Shown here: piece after piece, positions 23,869-32,000 of the stretch | Numbering within the stretch: the stretch's first letter is position 1 | Layout of the letters: each line of letters begins with the position of its first letter | Source: Candidatus Electrothrix yaqonensis | GTDB lineage: Bacteria; Desulfobacterota; Desulfobulbia; Desulfobulbales; Desulfobulbaceae | Direction of reading: 5' to 3' | Assembly (NCBI GenBank): GCA_047651235.1 | Contig: CP178758.1 | Location: 2,700,001-2,732,000 of the forward strand | DNA: 32,000 nucleotides | Notes under the pieces: model-generated | Seen by the model: only the letters and a program-made list of their open reading frames with translations | What the model was told of the DNA's origin: nothing | Database searches by the model: none | Made by a program: the position numbers and the translations under genes

Positions 23869-24087
23869 ACATCCTCCTCAATACGGTCTCTTGGATAAAA
23901 TTTGACCCACTACCCGTGTATCTTTTGTTTTGGATAAATAAAAGATGTCAGCCGAACGCACACCGGCGGACAGCTGCCGACAGTTGACTGTACACTACCT
24001 ACAATTTGGAACAGCCTAACAGAAAGCAGCTCCTTCCTCAACTGCTGACTCGATTTTCGACGAATTTCCGGCGAAAAAACAGCCGAA

Positions 24088-24522
24088 TCATTCCGCAGCC
24101 TGCTGGCGGGTGCGCGCCTTTTTTTCCTCTTTTTTTATCTGCTCCCACTGCTCCCGAAGCTGCTGTTCGGACAACGGCGGATCGTTGCTGCTTGCCGCAA
24201 AGACATGCGGATGCCTGCGCACCATCTTTTCACAGGCAAGATGCAGGGCATCATCTGCGGAAAAGCTGCTCTGCTCCTCAAAAACAGTCGTCAGCAGGGC
24301 CAGAATAAAGTACAGATCGCCGATCTCCTCGCAGATATGCTGCGGATCACCCAGCTCAACAGCTTCAGCCAGTTCCGCAGCCTCTTCCAGCAGATATTTC
24401 TTCAGAGTCTGCGGCGTCTGTTTCCGGTCCCAGGGGCAGCCGCCATCAGAGCGCAGCGTCCTGACGATCTGCTGAAGCCGCTGAAACGGATTGACATCCT
24501 GCTCCTGTTTATTATGATGCAT
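24088..24522 (-). CDS. mazG: MazG-family nucleoside triphosphate pyrophosphohydrolase (single-domain)
   Basis: LRSDGGCPWDRKQTPQTLKKYLLEEAAELAEAVE...EEIGDLYF...KMVRRHPHVF matches the MazG EExxE/D motif architecture. Confidence 0.8.
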   Translation of the reverse strand: MHHNKQEQDVNPFQRLQQIVRTLRSDGGCPWDRKQTPQTLKKYLLEEAAELAEAVELGDPQHICEEIGDLYFILALLTTVFEEQSSFSADDALHLACEKMVRRHPHVFAASSNDPPLSEQQLREQWEQIKKEEKKARTRQQAAE

Positions 24523-24615
24523 TGTGATCCTGGTGCGATGAAGAGAATGAACCAGTCGTCGGGGCGGTAAAATTATGCACCCCAGGCTTAATCAAGGAAG
24601 CCAAGGAGGACAGCA

Positions 24616-24834
24616 ATGACGGAACCGGTAATTTTTTTCAGGCGATACCCTTTTTCTCCGGGTCAGAAAATCCATATTGAAGACGGCTCCCGCAAGGGCG
24701 ACTGGCTTGTCACGGCGGTTGACGAAAGAAAGGTCTCTCTCCGCTGCCCGATCTCTGATACTGAGGTTACTTGGGACCGCTTCTGCTATTTCACCGAAGA
24801 AAAGGATGCAGTTTTCCCGGCCAAAAACGACTGA
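24616..24834 (+). CDS. Small hypothetical protein (72 aa)
   Basis: Good RBS (ccaaggaggacagcaATG) and an intact ORF. No family recognised. Confidence 0.5.
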   Translation: MTEPVIFFRRYPFSPGQKIHIEDGSRKGDWLVTAVDERKVSLRCPISDTEVTWDRFCYFTEEKDAVFPAKND

Positions 24835-24860
24835 CCACCGGGGTGAATGTAATGACGTGG

Positions 24861-25301
24861 TCAGGTGTTGATGCTGACCAGAGTGACCGTATACACAATC
24901 GCCTGTCCGGCAAGGGGATGGTTGTAGTCCACCGTGACCGTCTCATTCTGCACCCTGGTGACTGTGGCCGGAACTTTGTGCGGTTCGCCGTCCCTGTCCA
25001 CGGTCAGGGATAAAATCATGCCCGGCTGCGGGCTGAATTTGCCCTGAAAATGGGCAAGGGGAATCTGCTGCACCAGCTCTTCCCGGTGCGGACCATAGGC
25101 ATCCTCCGGCTCCACCCGGATCACTCTGCACTGGCCCGGTTCCATACCGAACAGACAGGCCTCCACCGCTTTGCACAGATGGCCGCTGCCGATGGCTACG
25201 GTAATCGGGTCTGTCTCGTATTGCCTGTCAATAACCTCGCCTGTTTCAAGAGCGGCGGTATAGGTAACGGTTACGGTGTCTGTGAGAGCGACTGGGCACA
25301 T
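24861..25301 (-). CDS. FKBP-type peptidyl-prolyl cis-trans isomerase, SlyD-like (with insert-in-flap region)
   Basis: VTVTYTAALETGEVID...AIGSGHLCKAVEACLFGMEPGQ...PEDAYGP...TVDYNHPLAGQAIVYTVTLVSI parallels SlyD (…DGNHMLAGQNLKFNVEVV…). GAGGA RBS. Confidence 0.85.
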   Translation of the reverse strand: MCPVALTDTVTVTYTAALETGEVIDRQYETDPITVAIGSGHLCKAVEACLFGMEPGQCRVIRVEPEDAYGPHREELVQQIPLAHFQGKFSPQPGMILSLTVDRDGEPHKVPATVTRVQNETVTVDYNHPLAGQAIVYTVTLVSINT

Positions 25302-25568
25302 GTTTTTTCCTCGATAATAACGATAACGTGTTCACTTTCGATTCCGCTGCCCCTGTATAGCCGAATACTGCTGATTTGACAAGCCTGCTGACGGTGAGGG
25401 GTGTGAAAGTGCGGTTTTTTCCGTTATCCGGTGCATGATTGCCCCTTGTACTATGAAATTGGGATGAGTTACCATGGTTCATCCCGATGAAAGGAGAACC
25501 GGACGCCCTGCAGCCCTGCATCGAGATATTTCTGTCTCAATGCAGGACTTGCCGAACCGATTATCGCT

Positions 25569-26396
25569 CTACTCCGACTTCTCTACCGGCAACCCGGCTT
25601 CCTGCCAGTCAAAGAACAGAGTCTGCCGGATATCCTTGTAGCCGAGTTTCATCAGCTTGCGGTAGGCATTGTAGCTTCTGCCGCCGCCGCTGCAGTAGAC
25701 GATGATCTGCCTGTCTTTCTCCAGCATCCCTGACCGGGAGGCAAAAGTCGGCGAAGGAATATTGATCGCTCCGGGTATATGCCCCTTCCGAAACTCCTCC
25801 GGGTCCCGGACATCGACCACGGTAAAGGTATCTGCCTTGGCCTTGCTCTGGATGAGTGCGTTCAGCTCCTGCGGAGAGAGCTTGTTTGTTTCGATCCGCT
25901 TTTCATATTCCGGCCCGGCATAGATGGGCATCCCCTTTTCCTCCCAGACCGGCATACCCTCGGCATAGACAATCACCTGGGTGTAGCCCAGCTTCAGAGC
26001 CTCTTTTGCCGCCTTTTTACTCTTGCCGCATTTTACGCCATTGCAGTAGAAAATGATCCGGGCAGATTTATCCTTGGGCAGGAGATGGGCATACTTTTTA
26101 AACTTCTTCTGCGGTACATTGATCGCCCCTTTGATGTGCACTTCCTGGTACTCTTCCGGATTACGGGCATCAACCACCACAAGATCAGCAGGTTCCGTAT
26201 CTATGGATTTTTTCAGACCGGCTGTATCGATCAGTGCATAGCCGTCCTTTGTCGGCCGGACAGTGACTGGGGCGATAACAGCACTGTCGGAACTGCCCGG
26301 CTGCTGCTGCGTTGCATCTCCGGCATTTTCTCCCCAGGCACCCGTAACGGACAGGGCATAGACAAGCAGGGTCAGCAGGAATGTTCTCTTCTTCAT
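25569..26396 (-). CDS. Periplasmic tandem rhodanese-domain protein (sulfurtransferase-like)
   Basis: Signal peptide MKKRTFLLTLLVYALSVTGAWG. Two rhodanese modules are present: VVVDARNPEEYQEVHIKGAINVP...IIFYCNGVKCGKS and TVVDVRDPEEFRKGHIPGAINIP...IIVYCSGGGRS. AGAGGAG RBS. Confidence 0.85.
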   Translation of the reverse strand: MKKRTFLLTLLVYALSVTGAWGENAGDATQQQPGSSDSAVIAPVTVRPTKDGYALIDTAGLKKSIDTEPADLVVVDARNPEEYQEVHIKGAINVPQKKFKKYAHLLPKDKSARIIFYCNGVKCGKSKKAAKEALKLGYTQVIVYAEGMPVWEEKGMPIYAGPEYEKRIETNKLSPQELNALIQSKAKADTFTVVDVRDPEEFRKGHIPGAINIPSPTFASRSGMLEKDRQIIVYCSGGGRSYNAYRKLMKLGYKDIRQTLFFDWQEAGLPVEKSE

Positions 26397-26608
26397 TGGT
26401 ACTCCTCTTGGTTTATTTTGCTAAGATGTTCAATCTGTTGCTCAGTATATGATCAGAACAGCAGCGGTTCATCGACCGTTCTCCGCACGAAAAATAAGCC
26501 CGCGCAACGGACAACGGTACCCTCAGCGCAACGGCGATGGGCAAATGAACCGGTTATCCTGTTGTCGTGAACAGCAGCTGAAAAATAGATTGAACAGAAA
26601 GGGCTGTT

Positions 26609-26956
26609 TCAATCCTTCAAATAACCTGATGGGCCTGAAAAGAGCAGGCGAGATCTCATCTGCGGCTTCTTGAAGGTCTGAAACTCTGAGGAGAGTTGGT
26701 TCAGGAAGAGAAGAGGGAAATGCGCCTGCAATTCGTCCACCCGACCCGGGGCGGCTCCTTTCGGCACATTCAGTAAAAAAAAAGGAAGAAAGCGATCATA
26801 CTTTTTTAGCGTTTTGAAGAAGGTTGTTTGGTGTAGGCCGACAGCTATACGGGAAATCGGCAGCTCCGTCAAATCGGAAAATTTGGGCAAGGGCTCAGTA
26901 GCGTCGAAGTCACGGGGAGACCAGCTTTTGAAAATGATTTTCGGGACCAGCTCCAT
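26609..26956 (-). CDS. Hypothetical protein (115 aa); coding status uncertain
   Basis: The only sizeable ORF in the 625-bp gap between tatC and the rhodanese gene, and on the same strand as both. Weak RBS. An AT-rich hairpin plus T-run on the minus strand lies at about 26581-26616. No family recognised. Confidence 0.3.
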   Translation of the reverse strand: MELVPKIIFKSWSPRDFDATEPLPKFSDLTELPISRIAVGLHQTTFFKTLKKYDRFLPFFLLNVPKGAAPGRVDELQAHFPLLFLNQLSSEFQTFKKPQMRSRLLFSGPSGYLKD

Positions 26957-27021
26957 ACCCTGATCCGGTTTTATCTGCAGGAATAATTCATCGCGCCGGA
27001 CGGAGGTCGTTCCGACCGGTC

Positions 27022-27765
27022 TCAGACCTGCCCCTTTTCTTCCGGTTTCCGGACGAAAAGGCCACCGGCAAGAATTCCGGCTTCATACAGGCCGAATAAA
27101 GGAAAGGCAAGCAGAACAGCGGCGGTGATTTCGCCAGCAGTGAGCAGGAAGGAAAGCGCGGCAATGGCGACGTAGAAATACTTGCGCTTGCTTGTAAAGT
27201 GTTCACGGCTGACAAGCCCGGTCGCTGAAGTCAGGACCATGAGGAAGGGGATTTCAAAGGAGATGGCAAAGGCCAGCACCATACGGGCAACAAACGTCAG
27301 GTAAAGGCCGAGTTTGGGCATGGGTTCGAGGTAGTCCCCGGCATAGCTCATAAAAAAGGCCAGGGTTCTGGGCAGGACAATAAAGAAGGCAAACAGGGCA
27401 CCTGCCAGAAACAGCCCGATCGACCAGAAGATGATTCTGCGGGCCAGCAGCTTTTCCCGGTCCACCAGTCCCGGCGCAACAAACATCCAGACCTGGTACA
27501 GGAGATAGGGAAACGTGCCTGTAATGCCGAACAGCAGGGCCAGTTTGATATAGGCAATAAAGGCGTCGGTCAGTTTGGTGTAAACCAGCTTTTTGAGGGT
27601 CGGGTGGGCCAGGAACAGCGGACGGGTGCAGAATGCGGCAAGGTCGTCAATGAACAGGTAGGCGACAGCTGTGCCGAGGGCAACCGCAAGAAAGGATTTC
27701 AGCAGGCGCTGGCGCAGTTCCTGGTGGTGCGGCCGGAAAAGTTCAACTGCCTCGGTGAGGTTCAT
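27022..27765 (-). CDS. tatC: Twin-arginine translocase subunit TatC
   Basis: 247 aa with six hydrophobic spans. The N-terminus (...HHQELRQRLLKSFLAVALGTAVAYLF...) and ...FFMSY... are typical of TatC. The start overlaps the tatB stop by 4 nt. Confidence 0.9.
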   Translation of the reverse strand: MNLTEAVELFRPHHQELRQRLLKSFLAVALGTAVAYLFIDDLAAFCTRPLFLAHPTLKKLVYTKLTDAFIAYIKLALLFGITGTFPYLLYQVWMFVAPGLVDREKLLARRIIFWSIGLFLAGALFAFFIVLPRTLAFFMSYAGDYLEPMPKLGLYLTFVARMVLAFAISFEIPFLMVLTSATGLVSREHFTSKRKYFYVAIAALSFLLTAGEITAAVLLAFPLFGLYEAGILAGGLFVRKPEEKGQV

Positions 27766-28337
27766 GCAGCTGTGGGCGTATCGGAAGATGCCGCAGTGTC
27801 GTTGGTGTCGCTGCTGCGTTGTTCGTCGTCCGGGGCTGCATCCGCCTTATCTGCAACCGTATCAGCCTGCCTGTTTTGTTCACCGCCGTTTTTTTCATCA
27901 TTTCCCAGCTGCGGCTCTGCAGTGAGGTTCTGCGGACTGTCTTCCGTCTGTTCCTTCTCCTGCGCTCCAGCTGCTCCATCTTCTTCCTGAAGATGGGACG
28001 GCAGAGATTCTGCTTCAATGACCCCGTTGTTCTCTGCGTCTTCTACATCCTCTACGTCTTTCGCGCCACCTTCCTGTTTCCAATGCGTAGGGTTGCTGGT
28101 GATGTCGTCCAGCAGATGCGTCTTCATCTGCCCGGCTGTTTTCTGCAGATCCTGCTGCACTGAGCTGACCACCTTGGTCTCTTCGCTCAGGCTTTCTTTA
28201 ACCTGATTCATGGCGTTGCGCATCTCATTGATGCCTTTTGCCAGGGAGCGGGCCAGGTCCGGCAGTTTATCCGGGCCGACCACGATCAGCGCCACTGCCA
28301 GAATCACTATCATTTCAGGTAGACCGATACCGAACAT
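27762..28337 (-). CDS. tatB: Tat translocase TatA/TatB-family protein (TatB-like length, long acidic tail)
   Basis: MFGIGLPEMIVILAVALIVVGPDKLPDLARSLAKGINEMRN is the canonical TatA/B TM + amphipathic helix. About 140 residues of acidic, low-complexity tail follow. Confidence 0.85.
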   Translation of the reverse strand: MFGIGLPEMIVILAVALIVVGPDKLPDLARSLAKGINEMRNAMNQVKESLSEETKVVSSVQQDLQKTAGQMKTHLLDDITSNPTHWKQEGGAKDVEDVEDAENNGVIEAESLPSHLQEEDGAAGAQEKEQTEDSPQNLTAEPQLGNDEKNGGEQNRQADTVADKADAAPDDEQRSSDTNDTAASSDTPTAA

Positions 28338-28343
28338 ATCTTA

Positions 28344-28880
28344 TTATTGCTGAAAAACGGCTGCTGTATTCCTGCCGAGGTGTTGCCGGGCCAGCAGTTT
28401 ATCACAGGCTTCCTCCGACCCCGGAAGCGTGAGCACCATAGGATTAATGGTCAGCTCGGTAAACCCGTATCTGGCATAAAATTTTTTGATCTGGTCGTTC
28501 AGGGTATGCACAACAAGCGCCCGGATATCAATTTTTCTGGCCACATACAGAGAGCGGACAACAGCATCTTTCAGCAAGCCGAAACCGAATCCCCGGCCCT
28601 GCCAGGAGGAATCAACAGCCAGACGGCTCAACACGAGAACAGGAATCGTTCGGGATGGCGCCGCATCCGTCCCTTTCCCGCAGATCACTCTGCCGGTGGC
28701 AAACGAGTAGAAGCCGATCACCTTGTCTCCGTCGGCAACCACATAGGTCCTTGTTTCTCCGGACACCTCATTGCGTAATGCCTGTTTGCGGAGCCAGTCG
28801 TCCAGCGAAGCCACACCGCAGTGAAAACAGGCAGTATTATGCTCCGGCGTCAGCGGCTCCGGTGCGGTTATTTCTCCCAC
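28344..28880 (-). CDS. GNAT-family acetyltransferase toxin (TacT/AtaT/KacT-like)
   Basis: F.CG..SLDDWL, then ...RTYVV...GFYS..., then ...LSRLAVDSSWQGRGFGFGLLKDA...KKFYARYGF. This pattern is typical of the DUF1778-associated GNAT toxins. GTG start overlapping the antitoxin stop by 13 nt. Confidence 0.85.
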   Translation of the reverse strand: MGEITAPEPLTPEHNTACFHCGVASLDDWLRKQALRNEVSGETRTYVVADGDKVIGFYSFATGRVICGKGTDAAPSRTIPVLVLSRLAVDSSWQGRGFGFGLLKDAVVRSLYVARKIDIRALVVHTLNDQIKKFYARYGFTELTINPMVLTLPGSEEACDKLLARQHLGRNTAAVFQQ

Positions 28881-29146
28881 GGCGCGTTCTCCTCAAGCAG
28901 CTTCTGAATATGCTCATTGTCGGCAAACTGCTGCTGCAGAGCAGCGTCAAATTCGGCAAACTGCTGTTCGTCCAGCAGAAAAAGCCGCTGATCGAGCAGG
29001 ACGTTTTCCGCCTCCCTGCACGATGCGTCCAGCATAAAATCCGTCCGATTTTTATTCAGCAAAGCAGCGGCCCGGTCGATCAGTTCCCGCTGACTCTTCC
29101 GCGCCCGAATGTTGATGGGCGCATTTCGTATTTCTGACTGCGGCAT
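28868..29146 (-). CDS. DUF1778 (ribbon-helix-helix) antitoxin, TacA-like
   Basis: Strong RBS (ggaggaggaaacaATG). INIRARKSQRELIDRAAALLNKNRTDFMLDASCREAENVLLDQRLFLLDEQQFAEF matches the DUF1778 pattern. Confidence 0.85.
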   Translation of the reverse strand: MPQSEIRNAPINIRARKSQRELIDRAAALLNKNRTDFMLDASCREAENVLLDQRLFLLDEQQFAEFDAALQQQFADNEHIQKLLEENAPWEK

Positions 29147-29186
29147 TGTTTCCTCCTCCTTTTTTTATCCATGCAGGATACAGCAG

Positions 29187-29202
29187 GACGGAACTGTCCG
29201 TC
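29187..29202. promoter_or_regulatory. Palindrome GACGGA-actg-TCCGTC upstream of the antitoxin gene (candidate operator)
   Basis: Perfect 6-bp arms, 41 nt upstream of the tacA-like ATG. On the minus strand it lies just after a TTGACG hexamer. RHH antitoxins commonly autoregulate through such palindromes. Confidence 0.3.
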
Positions 29203-29258
29203 AAGCAGGAAGAGTAACAGACGGAGCTGAGTTGCCAGATTATCTCCATCATTTCAAA

Positions 29259-31442
29259 TTATTCCACAATATCAAGTTTGGCATAATCGGGATGCAGGAT
29301 TTTATCCCCATGCCGGTCAAAACAGACCTCGATCCGGCTCGGGGCCGGGACTTCTTTAATCCTGCCGATCCCGAAAAAGGGGTGCCTGACCCGCATGCCC
29401 TTGCTTAAAACAGCACCGGCAGGTTGCGCACCGTGAACACCGAATTTTTCCTGCAGGGCCGAGGGCTCGGCAAATTTCCGTTCCGGGCCGCTCCGGGAGA
29501 AACAGGAAGAGGAGGCGGAAACCGGGGCCGGATCGTCAAGCTCGTACAGGCCGGGATTGATCTCCCGGAGAAAGGGGGACATGACCACGTTGAGAAACTT
29601 TCTGTCCGGGGTCATGAGCGTCCTGGGATAAGTGAGAAAGAGCTGCTGCTTTGCTCTAGTCGCGGCCACGTAAAGCAGTCTGCGCTCCTCTTCCCACTGG
29701 TCCCCGGTCACGGTCTTCTGGTGCGGAAAACGCCCTTCAGCCAGGCTGATAACAAAGACCGCATTCCATTCCAGACCCTTGGCCGAGTGGATGGTAGAAA
29801 GGATCAGTTTATCACTGCCTGCTCCGGCAGGCTCCGGGCCGGATTCCGGCGGATCCAGGGCGGTGTCATCGACAAAGGACTGCAGGTCGCCGTAGTCACC
29901 GATCAGAGTAGCGAGCTGGTCAAGGTCGCGCCGTCGTTTCGGATAATCGTCGTGATACACCCGTTCAAAAATCGGCTCATAATATGCCATGACCAGATCA
30001 AAAATGCCGGAAGGTGTCAGGCCGGGACGGCACATATCTGCCAGAGCATGGGCCAGCTGACGGAGATTGTCTTTCCATTTGGCAGCGGTCTGGTACTGCA
30101 TCAGAGCGGCAACAGGATCATCCTGGCCCGTGACAGTGTCCAGGATTTTCTGCGCCGTCTTGGGCCCGACCTTTTCCATCTGCAGGAGGATACGGCTCCA
30201 GGACAGATTATCCCAGGGATTGATCAGGACCCGGAGAAAGGCCAGAGCATCCTTGATATGGGCTGATTCAGTCAGCTTCATGCCGCCGCGTTTCTCGAAT
30301 TCCAGGCCGTGGCTGGTCAGCTCCATTTCCAGCTTATATGAGTGGAAACCGGAGCGGAACAGCACGGCAATTTCGTCATTCGGCGTTCCGGCAGCCAGCA
30401 GCTCCTTAATCCGGTCAACCACAAACCGGGCCTCGCCGCCTTCATTGCGGGCCGCATAAACCACCGGCCTGTTCCCGCCTTCGATTTCGCTGAACAACTC
30501 TTTCGCGTACTTTTCTTCAGCTTTGTCGATAATGGCGTTGGTCAGGGCAAGGACAGGCTGGACCGAGCGGTAATTCTGTTCCAGCTTAATGATTTCGGTA
30601 TCAGGAAACTGATCCTGAAAACGCATGATGTTCTGAAAATCCGCGCCCCGGAAGCTGTAGATGGACTGGGCATCATCGCCGACCACCATCACGTTGTCGT
30701 GCTCAGCCGCCAGCAGGCGGACGATCTCGGCCTGAATCAGGTTGGTGTCCTGGTATTCATCCACTAGGATATAGCGGAACTGGGAGCAGATTTCCTGCTG
30801 GGCCTGATCCGATTCACTGAGCAGGCGGTGCCAGTTGACCAGCAGATCATCGTAATCCATCAGACCGTTATTCAACTTGAACTCCCGGTATTCTTTGCGG
30901 ACATTCAGGATGTCATCGGTGAACTCAAGCAGATGGGAGTGGTTTTCAAAGAGCAGGTCTTCCAGAGGACGGGACTTGTTCACTGCGCCGGAGATCAGGT
31001 TGAGGATCACCCGTTTGCCGGGGAAACGCTTTCCGGCCCCGGACAGGCCCAGGGAGGTCCTGAGCAGATTGATGATGCCCTCGGCATCACCCCGGTCGAT
31101 GATGGTGAATCCGGAACCGAAGCCCAGATGATGTCCGTGCCTGCGCAGCAGCATGTTGGCCGTGGCATGAAAGGTCCCGCCGACCACCCGGCTGCAGGAA
31201 TGCCCGGAGATCCGTGTAGCCCGATTGAGCATTTCCTGAGCAGCTCTGCGGGTAAAGGTCAGCAGAAGGATGGATTCCGGTTCCACGCCCCGGTCCAGCA
31301 GCCGGGCCATACGGTGCACCAAAGTACGGGTCTTGCCGCTGCCTGCTCCGGCAATAACCAGCACCGGCCCGTCTCCATGAGTGACCGCTCTGCGCTGGGC
31401 AGCATTCAGCTCGGCTTCCTGTGACGATAGAGTATGCATCAT
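29259..31442 (-). CDS. UvrD/PcrA/Rep-family ATP-dependent DNA helicase
   Basis: LNAAQRRAV...VIAGAGSGKTRTLVHR (motifs Q/I), ILVDEYQDTN (II), ...FRSGFHS..., ...STIHSAKGLEW..VF... (V), and LLYVAATRAKQ (VI). The C-terminal GMRVRHPFFGIGRI is a Tudor-like tail. The track start at 31478 is a TTG; the first ATG is at 31442, so the start is uncertain. Confidence 0.9.
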   Translation of the reverse strand: MMHTLSSQEAELNAAQRRAVTHGDGPVLVIAGAGSGKTRTLVHRMARLLDRGVEPESILLLTFTRRAAQEMLNRATRISGHSCSRVVGGTFHATANMLLRRHGHHLGFGSGFTIIDRGDAEGIINLLRTSLGLSGAGKRFPGKRVILNLISGAVNKSRPLEDLLFENHSHLLEFTDDILNVRKEYREFKLNNGLMDYDDLLVNWHRLLSESDQAQQEICSQFRYILVDEYQDTNLIQAEIVRLLAAEHDNVMVVGDDAQSIYSFRGADFQNIMRFQDQFPDTEIIKLEQNYRSVQPVLALTNAIIDKAEEKYAKELFSEIEGGNRPVVYAARNEGGEARFVVDRIKELLAAGTPNDEIAVLFRSGFHSYKLEMELTSHGLEFEKRGGMKLTESAHIKDALAFLRVLINPWDNLSWSRILLQMEKVGPKTAQKILDTVTGQDDPVAALMQYQTAAKWKDNLRQLAHALADMCRPGLTPSGIFDLVMAYYEPIFERVYHDDYPKRRRDLDQLATLIGDYGDLQSFVDDTALDPPESGPEPAGAGSDKLILSTIHSAKGLEWNAVFVISLAEGRFPHQKTVTGDQWEEERRLLYVAATRAKQQLFLTYPRTLMTPDRKFLNVVMSPFLREINPGLYELDDPAPVSASSSCFSRSGPERKFAEPSALQEKFGVHGAQPAGAVLSKGMRVRHPFFGIGRIKEVPAPSRIEVCFDRHGDKILHPDYAKLDIVE

Positions 31443-31675
31443 GGCGCATGGTTTACCACAACCGACCACTCCCTGCAACGGATGTTGACAGGTTTCCGCT
31501 TTTTGGGGTACATTTACCTGCTGTATCAGTGTACAGCAGAAGCCTCACCGGCTCCGGCAGAGTACGTGGAAACGGACAGCTCCGCCTGCCGGATGCACAG
31601 CCGTGTATATGTGGCATCAGCAACACATCAACCCATCAAACTCAACTCAATAGAGAACAACAGAGCAGAACGCAA

Positions 31676-32000
31676 ATGGAATCCATGCATGATGTATTTA
31701 CCGAGGATGTACTGAAGGAACTTTTTCCGGCCCAACGGGCTGATGAATTTTTTGAAGCCCTGTTCGGCGATGCGGACGAAGGCGCCTATGACATTGCCCT
31801 GAGCTTTCAGGGCCACGATGAGCATACCAACACCCTGAACTTCACCCTGGACCTGAACGAACGTCCCGGCCGCTGCCTGGCCTGCAACCTGACCAGCGGC
31901 CTGCCCCAAGTGTTCTCCCGCCACAAGGTAATTAATATTGACGGGCTGGTTACGGATGTAGAAAAGAAGCTGCAGGGCAGGGCCAAATGCGGGGCCTGGA
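31676..32000 (+). CDS. Conserved-looking hypothetical protein, 5' part (runs off the window)
   Basis: Not in the ORF track because it is open-ended. ATG at 31676 (or 31685) gives MESMHDVFTEDVLKELFPAQRADEFFEALFGDADEGAYDIALSFQGHDEHTNTLNFTLDLNERPGRCLACNLTSGLPQVFSRHKVINIDGLV... with no stop to the window end. Confidence 0.55.
   Translation, partial: MESMHDVFTEDVLKELFPAQRADEFFEALFGDADEGAYDIALSFQGHDEHTNTLNFTLDLNERPGRCLACNLTSGLPQVFSRHKVINIDGLVTDVEKKLQGRAKCGAW

Noticed and set aside
23230-23898. 222-aa plus-strand ORF (and 23525..23905)
   Set aside because: It is antisense to purD, has no recognisable motifs, and reflects the typical GC-rich antisense open frame.
25779-26570. 263-aa plus-strand ORF
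   Set aside because: It is antisense to the well-supported tandem-rhodanese gene (25569..26396). Its sequence is low-complexity and motif-free, and it has no RBS.
29424-30266. 280-aa plus-strand ORF (and 30342..30767, 30828..31424)
   Set aside because: It is antisense to the UvrD-like helicase, whose motifs are unambiguous on the minus strand.
31434-31924. ORFs 31434..31715 (+) and 31628..31924 (-)
   Set aside because: The first spans the helicase promoter region in a frame with no support. The second is antisense to the open-ended plus-strand gene starting at 31676, which has a more protein-like sequence.

Overview
The window has about 50% G+C and Gram-negative-type content: Tat export, a beta-barrel outer-membrane protein and periplasmic binding proteins. 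I cannot assign a taxon from sequence alone.

Layout:
- Left third (1-8200): a sensor kinase with its binding protein (minus strand), then tRNA-Ser(GGA) and SRP RNA in tandem. An orphan ORF and a truncated dnaX remnant follow. Next come a FecCD/BtuCDF-type ABC importer operon, an in-frame rtcB'-'aspS chimeric ORF, and an AAA-ATPase-like/PD-(D/E)XK protein.
- Middle (8200-21450): accessory-looking DNA. It starts with a strongly AT-rich segment encoding a membrane/SH3-like protein. A PIN-type toxin-antitoxin cassette follows, bracketed by ~110-bp direct repeats. Then come a DUF1302-like outer-membrane barrel and an 8.2-kb gene for a 2746-aa secreted Ig-like-repeat protein.
- Right third (21450-32000): housekeeping genes, mostly minus strand. 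These are tsaC, a fused purD-purE, mazG, a slyD-like FKBP, a tandem rhodanese, tatB/tatC, a TacA/TacT-type toxin-antitoxin pair and a UvrD-like helicase.

The main signal is the giant gene. It holds 15 head-to-tail 318-bp units that are nucleotide-identical except for one two-allele synonymous site. The gene cassette is flanked by a 24-nt direct repeat (23/24 identical), and the downstream copy of that repeat is the 3' end of tsaC.

No CRISPR array, integrase, transposase or reverse transcriptase was recognised. All family assignments rest on motif recognition by eye, not on database searches.
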